Below are positions 21,509-30,338 of a stretch of 64,000 nt of DNA, in pieces. This stretch comes from Nitrosopumilus sp. (GTDB taxonomy: Archaea > Thermoproteota > Nitrososphaeria > Nitrososphaerales > Nitrosopumilaceae): NCBI GenBank assembly GCA_965207445.1, contig CBDBLX010000002.1, positions 1,207,849 to 1,271,848 on the forward strand, in the 5' to 3' direction. Each line of letters begins with the position of its first letter. Positions within the stretch are counted from its first letter, which is position 1. The notes under the pieces were generated by a model, which ran no database searches, was not told the origin of the DNA, and saw only the letters and a list, made by a program, of their open reading frames with translations. The translations under genes and the position numbers were made by a program.

Positions 21509-22110
21509 CAGAGCAGGGCCGTATTGGCTCAGGATCGGCATCCACGCCTCTAATTTCTTTGGATCTTGGGATTCCCTTTTGGCAAGGTCAAACTGGTCAA
21601 TGATGGACTGCGCGGGAACCATCTGCCTGCCCAGCTGGGTCTGGAGGACAAACTGTGGATCGATCGGCCCTATCGACGAATGCTTCCCCATCACTATCGT
21701 GTTTGCAGAGCATGCGATCATGGTCGCAGCAGACATTGCAGCCTGGGGAATAATTACGCGTATATCGTTGAATTTGGTCCGCATGTATGTAACTAACGCC
21801 TCTGCGGCCTCGATGGAGCCACCACCCCCCCCCCCCCCCCGGACTGTGAAGGATCAGGTCCAGACTCTCGCCTTTTAGCCCGTGAATCACTTCCATCAAC
21901 CCCTGTATGTCCTCGTCTGTTATGGAAAGGACCTCCGGAGTGCCGATCGGTTTCCCAGTCTGGGTCCAAGCTGTGGCGTAAAGAATTGTGTTTCTACTTG
22001 TCAGCGAAAACAGCTGGGCTAGGTATTGTCTTCTGACCTCATCAAATGGAACTGGATTAGCCTTGGACTTTGTCTGCAGTTCGGATAAGATTTTCCCCCC
22101 AAGTCGGCAT
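21509..22110 (-). pseudogene. SDH-family ClpP-fold serine protease, frameshifted and truncated
   Basis: MPTWGE...LDLILHSPGG...EAAEALVTYMRTKF...PQAAMSAATMIACSANTIVMGKHSSIGPIDPQ; frameshifts near codon 6 and at the G16 tract; cut by MITE-A. Confidence 0.88.
21825..21840 (-). repeat. Poly-G tract (16) in the HSPGG motif
   Basis: 16 C on the + strand. Confidence 0.95.
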
Positions 22111-22298
22111 TAAATCCCCTGATCGGTAGAAGTACCTGCTGAACAGTATTCTGACGGTGTCGTGTTTTCAAGATATCGCCGCGATTGCTCAAGAAGCGCG
22201 TCGTATTTCCAGTACACCTTCACCACTTCGACCAATCCAGGTTGCTTTTTGGCTTGTCTTAGCAGCTTGTCGTATTCGGCTACCTTCTTGGACTTCAT
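22110..22298 (-). CDS. Small hypothetical protein coupled to the protease gene
   Basis: 62 aa; TAATG stop/start overlap at 22110. Confidence 0.6.
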   Translation of the reverse strand: MKSKKVAEYDKLLRQAKKQPGLVEVVKVYWKYDALLEQSRRYLENTTPSEYCSAGTSTDQGI

Positions 22299-22346
22299 GT
22301 ATCAATCAATAGCGGATTGTAGCATATAAGTAATTATGCAGAAACC

Positions 22347-22429
22347 GTAACCGTTCAACTCCTTCCAAAATTTAGGCACAAATTCACCGCCTAACGTCTG
22401 GCGCAGGTAACCGGGGGTTGAACGGTTAC
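22347..22429 (+). mobile_element. MITE-A copy (83 bp)
   Basis: gtaaccgttcaac / gttgaacggttac. Confidence 0.88.
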
Positions 22430-22745
22430 CTGAGTTGATACATCAAATACTACAAAAGAGTCTACGGTTCTCTTGCAAACGCGGTTGATCGGTGTTTATA
22501 TGAACTTTTTATTTGAATTTGGTATTTGAGGTTGAAAAAGTGTACGTTTTTAGTACTTTTTTGTATGACTATGATGATAGTTTGGAATAAGGATAGTTAG
22601 AGTCAGTATCAAAAAGACAAACGAGGGTGGTTTATCTTGAAGAAATTAGATTGTACACCAAAAATGATAGTTTGATTTGGCATCAAAACACAAACAGATG
22701 TAGAGTGTTTGTGTATATGATGTGTAATGTACATAGTCTGGCAAT

Positions 22746-24023
22746 TCAGGCAGAGGCACGTATGGATGCGTTTTGAATGAACGTTATCCAAGCATCACAA
22801 CTATCTGCAAGATCAGAGTCTTTTACTGGTATAATGTCAATTCCAATTGCCTTGGCAGGCGTCATGTTGTTTTTGAGGCTTGTGTGTTTTCTAAAAAAGT
22901 TATGATATACTATGATCAGACGTAAGAGTCCGGGGTCCTCTGATTTTAGTCCACATACACACTTGAGTCTATCCTCAAATTCTCCATTGAGTCGTTCGTA
23001 GACGTTATTTTGATTAAAAAGATTCTGTATGTGTATATCACGTATGTGTACAAACATCGATCCAGCCCGTCTAAAGAATACTTTTCTGGCAGGCTTTATG
23101 AACTCCTGCAGTCCATCACTTACAAGTATGCGGGGTAGCCTACGCGTACGGGCAGCAGCCATTTGAAACAGGTTAGTGGGATCAGATCCCTTTTTCTTCT
23201 TGAGGATCTCGTGGGATAAAACAAATCGGCTTGCGCCATCAATCACACCAAACAAATATCTGGTCTGTTTACGTATTTTAAATTCTAGTTCGTCGACATG
23301 CCACTGAAACCATGCATCAAGACACAACAAACTTGAGAACCGTAGCATGATTCGCGAATACTCATCAGTCCACCTATGTATTGTAGATGGGTTTATGATG
23401 ATCTCATCCATTGCAAGCTGCACACATACTTCTTCTGGAGACATTTTAGTTGCCATCATGGACAACGCTTTTGCTATTACGGATGCATCAAAATGCCGCC
23501 CCTTGAACCCTTCCATTCCAGAAAATGTACGTCCACATTTTTTGCACATGTATCGCCTCACAGATCTTTTTCTCTTACACTTGCGCTCTCCCCATCCTAC
23601 CACATCTTTGGATCTGCATTTTGGATACTGACATCTCAATTTTTTGCGCCTAATCTGTATCCTTTTTCTACGCCCACACCACCACTCTTTGTCTAAGAGC
23701 TTGTATACCCCCACCACATGCTTGCATATCTTTTTTCCATTTTGATTGGCCTCACACTGACATCTCATTCCAAGTGAACTAAGAGACACCACATACAATA
23801 GACCTTGCACAGTTTGCGATGCGACTGTCCATTTAATCGAGCTTAGTGTAGTTATGGCACCTGCAATGCATGCAATCTGAATGCCTGCTTTCCTAATTGC
23901 ATCAATCTGAGCCTTGGAGCGCCTCTGCTTGCCAGGCTTTGGGCTGTCATTTTCCAATGTTTTTGATCTTGATTGAGTAGTTTCGTCTACCACCTTTTCT
24001 TCCTGAACTGTTTTTTGTTTCAT
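22746..24023 (-). CDS. IS6-family DDE transposase with SWIM and Zn-ribbon domains
   Basis: CQC...CKH (SWIM), C-x4-C...CKKC ribbon, WHVDE, LVSDG, NNVYERLNG; likely start MKQK at 24023. Confidence 0.88.
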   Translation of the reverse strand: MKQKTVQEEKVVDETTQSRSKTLENDSPKPGKQRRSKAQIDAIRKAGIQIACIAGAITTLSSIKWTVASQTVQGLLYVVSLSSLGMRCQCEANQNGKKICKHVVGVYKLLDKEWWCGRRKRIQIRRKKLRCQYPKCRSKDVVGWGERKCKRKRSVRRYMCKKCGRTFSGMEGFKGRHFDASVIAKALSMMATKMSPEEVCVQLAMDEIIINPSTIHRWTDEYSRIMLRFSSLLCLDAWFQWHVDELEFKIRKQTRYLFGVIDGASRFVLSHEILKKKKGSDPTNLFQMAAARTRRLPRILVSDGLQEFIKPARKVFFRRAGSMFVHIRDIHIQNLFNQNNVYERLNGEFEDRLKCVCGLKSEDPGLLRLIIVYHNFFRKHTSLKNNMTPAKAIGIDIIPVKDSDLADSCDAWITFIQNASIRASA

Positions 24024-24110
24024 TGTACATATATCACCAATTGGATATATAAGCATTCGTGCGTAATCCGATGTCAGAGACGTTATAACGTTGTACTGAG
24101 AACAACAAAC

Positions 24111-24284
24111 ATGACTAAATGGGCTGCCAATGCCACTGAATTCCAAGTATCCATAACCCACAACGTGAAAAGAGGTACCAGTTACTCGTACATTCCAAAG
24201 CCAGTCCTTGCCAAACTTGGTAACCCAGAGGGTTTGAAGTTTATCATACGTGGCGACAAAATACTAGTTACGTGTCCGGATTGA
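24111..24284 (+). CDS. Small AbrB/MazE-like DNA-binding protein within the IS6 element
   Basis: 57 aa; ...SYSYIPKPVLAKLGNPEGLKFII; divergent from the transposase. Confidence 0.7.
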   Translation: MTKWAANATEFQVSITHNVKRGTSYSYIPKPVLAKLGNPEGLKFIIRGDKILVTCPD

Positions 24285-24382
24285 CTACAACGGTTCAAAT
24301 CTGTATTAATTGCCACCAACCGCGTTTGCAGGAGAACCGAGTCTACAAAGCCTTAAATTTTAGACACATGTACAAATCATAA

Positions 24383-25834
24383 TTGAATTTTTCACCAATT
24401 ATTGCATTTACAACAACTGTGCTAATATCTGCTGTAGTTATATCTGCTGCAACCATACATAATACCCCTGCACATGCACTGTCCCCACTTGACATTGATT
24501 CAGATAAACTACTCAGTGTCACGTTCATTGACCTGGGTACAAAGGGTGAATCTACTCTGATCGTTTTGCCAAATGAGTCTGTAATATTGATGGATGGTGG
24601 TATGCCATCAGCATACAACAATATCAAAGATGTATTGAATAGTTTTGGAATCACAACGATACATCTACTTGTCGCCACTCATGCGGACCAGGACCATGTA
24701 GCAGGACTAAACAAGTTACTGGAAAGTTCAGAGTTTAATGTAAATCAGGTAATGATAAGTCCAGTGACAAAGGACACAAAGACATATCAAAGATTCTTAC
24801 AATATACGACAGATAATCGCATAATAGGATATGCTGGTGACAAAATTACACTCGATGAGAATGTCAGCATAAAGATACTCAGTCCTCCATCTGAGTATCG
24901 ACTAGCAAAAGACACAAATGCAGGTTTAGAGAATACAAATTCCATAATTACACTCTTAGAGTATGGCAACGTAGAGTTTCTATTCACTAGTGATGCGACG
25001 TATGTGACAGAGAATTGGCTGATAAACAATGTACCAAAAGATGAACTAGATATAGATATAATGAGTGCACCGCACCACGGATCCAAACACAGCAGCACTG
25101 CGGGATTCATCTCTGCCACATCTCCCGAAATTGTGGTATATTCTGCCAATGTAGGAAATCAATATGGACATCCACATTTAGATGCTACAAATAGATACGA
25201 GTCACGTGGGATACTTGGGCTGCATACTGGTCTGAGAGGTGATGTGTTGATTCAAACAGATGGCATAGGATGTTCTTTGTTGCTTTATGCTGTATCGGAG
25301 ATGCCGTGTTTTGATGGTATAGTTATGGTATCTGAATCTGTTGCATCAACACCAAATGTGATTGCAAACAAACCAATATCAGATACTACTGGTGCAGATG
25401 CCAACATACAAAATGATTATGAAAAGGATGAATTATTGCAGTATGTAAGTAATATACGCTCATTGCTAAATGATGCAAAAATTGCATATGTTGATAACTC
25501 TGATGCAAATGCGGCACTCAGATACGTAAAAATTGCGTACAATGACAACTATAATTTTTTGACCAATCCACTTGCTGATGCTGGTGAGTATAAACTGATG
25601 CAAGAGGTCAAAGTTATGTTAAATACAGAGCTTGTAGAGATGATCACAAGTGGAGCATCAAAACAATCCGTAAGTGATCAAATTGATACAATACTGATAA
25701 AGATGGATGCAGTAGAGGCAGTCGTACCGGAGTTTGGTGCGCTAGTTGTAGTATTTGTATCTGCACTAGTTGTTATTGTGATTGTCATGCGTATATTTTA
25801 CAACTCACACAAAATACCATTATATCAAAAGTGA
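24383..25834 (+). CDS. Surface MBL-fold (ComEC/Rec2-like) hydrolase with PEFG-CTERM
   Basis: Signal peptide; THADQDHVAG, TSDA, APHHGS and YGHPH motifs; VPEFG + TM helix + basic tail. Confidence 0.88.
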   Translation: MNFSPIIAFTTTVLISAVVISAATIHNTPAHALSPLDIDSDKLLSVTFIDLGTKGESTLIVLPNESVILMDGGMPSAYNNIKDVLNSFGITTIHLLVATHADQDHVAGLNKLLESSEFNVNQVMISPVTKDTKTYQRFLQYTTDNRIIGYAGDKITLDENVSIKILSPPSEYRLAKDTNAGLENTNSIITLLEYGNVEFLFTSDATYVTENWLINNVPKDELDIDIMSAPHHGSKHSSTAGFISATSPEIVVYSANVGNQYGHPHLDATNRYESRGILGLHTGLRGDVLIQTDGIGCSLLLYAVSEMPCFDGIVMVSESVASTPNVIANKPISDTTGADANIQNDYEKDELLQYVSNIRSLLNDAKIAYVDNSDANAALRYVKIAYNDNYNFLTNPLADAGEYKLMQEVKVMLNTELVEMITSGASKQSVSDQIDTILIKMDAVEAVVPEFGALVVVFVSALVVIVIVMRIFYNSHKIPLYQK

Positions 25835-25912
25835 GATACCACTCAACTTAATTTCTATCAGACGTTATGTGATAAACTTGTGTCTAAATTTTAAAACGGA
25901 TTGAACAGTTAC
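25835..25912 (-). mobile_element. MITE-A copy, degenerate
   Basis: ...tgtgtctaaatttt...ttgaacagttac. Confidence 0.6.
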
Positions 25913-25958
25913 TACAAGTTTACAAAAAAAAAGTGAGAATAGAGAAAAAGAGGCAAAA

Positions 25959-26104
25959 AATGTAACCAAACTATGACTATATGATTATTTAAAAACAACT
26001 GCTAGCCAAACGCATCGCATATATGATACTTGATATAAAGACAGGAATATAACTAAATACAAGTATATGATTTTATTATTGCACTCAAAGAGCTTGGTTC
26101 ACAC
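25959..26104 (-). mobile_element. MITE-B copy, degenerate
   Basis: Reverse complement aligns along 14264-14412; ends ttggttcacac. Confidence 0.75.
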
Positions 26105-26890
26105 ACACAAAAAAAGGAGAACCATATATGGAATCTACTTGCAGAAAAAACCAAAGTTCAAAAAACACAATGACACATATCCCAAAGAACAAAATATCAA
26201 CAACTAACCTAAACACATACAGTATATACAAAGACTAAGAAATTAATCTAAAACCATGTTTATGGTAATTGAAGATCCATGAGGCTACAGTCGCATATGC
26301 CAACTCTAAACATGACTCCATGTTTGTTGTTGTGCATAGAGTACTCGTACGATAAAAATCTAGATGCTGCGATATTGATACTCAAATAATAATTAATGTA
26401 ATTTCTTAGAGCAAATAAATCTCATCACTAGAATTGTTCATAATGAATGAATTTGTTGGAGATACAGATAAACAACTAGCACAAGTATTGCTACACAGAT
26501 GATAGACACTCTATGATAAATTCGAGGCCACAACACAAAAAAATGATATCATAATATGTAATTTAATAACAAGACAAATATATCAAATAATACATGGAAA
26601 ACTACATCTGATCGGTAGCAAATTTAAAGGCAAAAATATAATGGCAAATATAAAACGTATAGTATTATATGTATTAGTAAATCTATATTAATTTAAATGA
26701 AAATATGAAAATTCTACTAGTCAACACAACTCAAAAATGTACATGACGTAATTTATCCAATTTAGGGTTTTTTATATAATCAATTATATTTTGGCAAAAT
26801 TTGTAGGTTTGAATACTTGATTAACTGAATTACACAACACGTTAATATATTCGATACTTTTAATAATATGTACTTTGTAACTATGTCATA

Positions 26891-29730
26891 ATGATTATTA
26901 CGCGCCACCCACTCAACTGTATACACTCACTCGGGGGGGGGGGGGGGGGGGCAGGCAGGCAGGCAGTAATAGATCACGCACCAAACGTCGCGTTTTATTA
27001 CCTATCATACTAGCCATACTAACAGTAACAGCAATCTCACTTTTACCATCTGATCAGCAAGCCTACGCCCAGACAATAGTTGCAGTGCCTGCTGACTGGG
27101 ATTATACACCCAATGGCCTGGCAGCCGGGGACACGTTCAGACTACTGTTCTCACCATCCGAGGGCCATTCATTTACGGATACAAAGATACAGGACCTGAT
27201 TGAATCATCCAACATCTTTACGTACGGCAAGTCGACGTACTATCGTATAACCGATGATCCTACTGTTGAGTGTTATGGCTATTATGGCCAGATGGTCGGC
27301 TCAGATGTCTATTGGGATATTGTTAAAAGGAACAATAACGGTGAGGGAACTGACATAAATCGAAACGGCGTGGATTATTGTTATCATATGTATAAACGGA
27401 CGGTAAACGTTGCAAACTCAGAGCCCTCTGCGATGCGCGAGTTCTCAGAGTATTTTCGTGTACTGCATTTCGGTCACTCTGATCGCGACAGCGTCAGGAG
27501 TAACACTTACACTCAAGAAGGAGTAGACGTACCGATATACTGGCTTGGTAGCAATAGCAAGATAGCTGACAACTATAATGACTTTTACGCAGGAGACACA
27601 CCTGGCGAGTCAAGTGAAAGCCGCAACGAGCACGGCAAGTATACGCAGGCCGTTAGATACTCTTATGGCATATCTCCAATATTCAGAGTCACCGCGGAGG
27701 ATGTGCCTGCTTATGTCATACCGACTGTTACACTATCTCCATCCCGGGCTCTGGAGCAGATTGAGGGTGGACAGACTAGAACTTACATACATCTATCTAA
27801 TCCCTCACCCGTTGATATAACGGTTAGAGCTTTTGCTGTTGACTCTGGTGACTTTGTAATGTCAGTGTTTAGGCCTCATCTAAGCCCTGCTGTTTTCGAG
27901 AATTCACTTAATGCCGGTGATGTGCGAGGTAATAGAATGCAACTTATCACAGATGATGACAATGTCCATGAACCAGACGGCACTATAACGTACACTCTAC
28001 TTCCCGGGGATGGTTACATCGTAGGTGAGCCGTCGACTGTCACATTTACCATTCGAGACAACGACCCGGACCCCAACCCACCTCCACCTCCACCACCACC
28101 TCCTCCCTGCACCACAGACAAACCATGCGTCACACTGGACACATCTGGCTCTTATTTTGAGGGCCGCAAGGTGTCGATACCCATACACGTGGACCCACCG
28201 CACATCTCAGGTACTGCGCTGCAAGTAATGTTCGAGACTAGAGACAGTGGCCATATACTTGAAGCATCCGACAATACGATGCACATATTCGGTGTGCACG
28301 GCAGAGTCGACTACTTTCAGTCTGAGACGGTAAGGGATTGCAACCCCTCTGGTCAGAATTGGATAGAGTTTAGACTAAAACCCAGTAAAGACTACCAGAT
28401 ACGAGACGGCGATGAAAACTGGCAGAGGATGACACTGATTGAACACAAACCGCACCCTGACGGCCCCGTCTTGTGGCTTGACAAGAGCGTCATTGATAGC
28501 CAACTACCAGTGACAGAGGGCGACACAGTCGACCTTACTGGACTGATCAAATCAGAGTACTTGGCTTGTTCTGACATCCGTCCCGTATTACACCTGTCCG
28601 TCAATGGAGGCGTTTCGACTGATACTTCATTTACTGTTGCCCATAGCAGTGAAGCACTGATTGCACAGGGCAAAAATCAGAATCCCAGCGCCGACATCGT
28701 CACAAAGAGCAACAGCAACGACGACAACCCTGCTGGCTCCATCACAATTACACTGCAATCGGGCACCGGCTACCAGGTCGGCTCTGCAAACACCGTGACG
28801 ATCTCAGTGGCAGACAGCCCCCATGTCAATAACTCCCCGCCACCACCACCCGAGGTATCAATTGGTATATCAGGCGGTGGTTCAGAGGGTGACCACGTCT
28901 CCTTTGGCATCAACGCGTCCCCCGCACCCCAGTCTCCTTTGCCAGTCAACGTCACCCTTTCGGGCGCCGGCGGGATTCTGAACGCCTCTGATGTGGGCTG
29001 GCGCATCGTGGAGATTCCACCGATCGGCTCGTATACGCTGGAGGTCCCGACCATAGATGACGGCGTCAAAGACGTCAACAATGTTACACTCACGATAAAC
29101 CCCGGCGCCGGCTACACGCTGGGACAATTTACAAGCTGGACTGTGGACGTCCAGGACGCCGGGACGACGTCAAGTCTGATGCAGCCGCCGCCCGTGTACA
29201 ACAAACTCACACAGGCGCAGAATCTGACGGTAGTCGCCATAGACCCAGCGCTGGTCGCCAACGTGACTGCGATGGCCAACCAGACGCAGCACGGCGACGC
29301 GCATGTGGAGAGGTGGAACCGTGTACTGGCCGCGTTTGGGTACACCACGCACGACAACCCGACGACTGCAGCAGAGGCCCGCGACAACGCCGAGAAATAC
29401 AGTAGTCCGCTGTGGCCCCTGATTGCCGACGTGCTGACATTACTAGAGGCAGCAGCAGAACAAGACGGGCCGCAGACGCCACCGGACGTACCGACTGAGC
29501 CAGACGTGCCGCCTGCCATAGACCCTGCGCTGATCAACAGCGTCAGGGAGCTGGCGGCCCAGACACAGCACGGCGATGCGCACGTGGACAGATGGAACCG
29601 CGTCCTAGCTGCCTTTGGTGAGATTACCCATGACAACCCGATGACCGCAGCAGAGGCCCGCACCAACGCCGAGAAATACAGTAGCCCACTATGGCCGCAG
29701 ATTGCAGACGCGCTAGCGGCGCGCGAATAG
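26891..29730 (+). CDS. Secreted Calx-beta/Ig-like protein, paralog of 14591-16556; start out of frame at the G19 tract (candidate phase-variable)
   Basis: ORF 27085-29730 extends upstream without an ATG through the signal peptide RTKRRVLLPIILAILTVTAISLLPSDQQAYA to the poly-G tract; ATG 26891 is in frame with G17 or G20. Confidence 0.78.
26933..26951 (+). repeat. Poly-G tract (19 G) followed by (gcag)x4
   Basis: Read directly from the sequence. Confidence 0.95.
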
Positions 29731-29789
29731 CAGCAGTAGCAGCTCGGAGGCGAATTAACTGCCCGCATCGGGTCAAAGTGAACTAGTGT

Positions 29790-30132
29790 GTGTAATTCCC
29801 GACTTGTCGCAAGCGCTGGATAATGGAGACTGGATTAGTGATAGAAAATATGACTCCAAAAACAACTAACAACGCCTTGCAAGTCTGATTACTGTTGATA
29901 TTTTTTTAAAATATTGTTGTATGGCTTGTAAACAATGGCAAGGTACGAAAATTACGACGGACTTGCAGGTGGAAAACTATTCACAATAAATTATTTATGG
30001 ATTCAATTGTCGGATTGATCAGAAGATTGCTTTGATGGGAATTAAAACATAATAGTTACTTGCCATCATAAATGTGTCGCACCGTATAATTAAAAATAAG
30101 ATCATTAAAATTTAGCACATTGCGAACTACTG
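29790..30132 (+). mobile_element. ISH3-like transposase 3' remnant with terminus
   Basis: RKRWIMETG motif; ends gcgaactactg; homologous to 52545-53030 and 59064-59520. Confidence 0.6.
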
Positions 30133-30136
30133 GTTT

Positions 30137-30218
30137 GCATATTGAGTATCATACATGCGATGTATTTGGTTAGGAATTATTTTTGAATGATCATATCAAT
30201 TATAGAGCTTGGTTTACA
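30137..30218 (+). mobile_element. MITE-B partial copy (right half)
   Basis: Aligns with about 14330-14411. Confidence 0.7.
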
Positions 30219-30338
30219 ATTCAAATCATACCTTGCAGATGTCTGGTGTATCTCTCAGTTCGTTTGTTGTTTTATGAGAGTATTGTGTTGACCGAACACA
30301 ATACAATTTTTATACCTCACTAAAACATACTAACGCAG

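Larger units (their letters stand above)
22466..24338 (-). mobile_element. IS6-family element (1873 bp) with passenger gene
   Basis: 22-bp TIR ggttctcttgcaaacgcggttg / caaccgcgtttgcaggagaacc; 8-bp TSD gagtctac at 22458-22465 and 24339-24346. Confidence 0.92.

Noticed and set aside
24024..24161. Extended start of the IS6 transposase ORF
   Set aside because: It would overlap the divergent small gene; ATG 24023 is more plausible.
14591..29730. Diversity-generating retroelement explanation for the paralog similarity
   Set aside because: No reverse transcriptase in the window, and the differences are not restricted to adenines.
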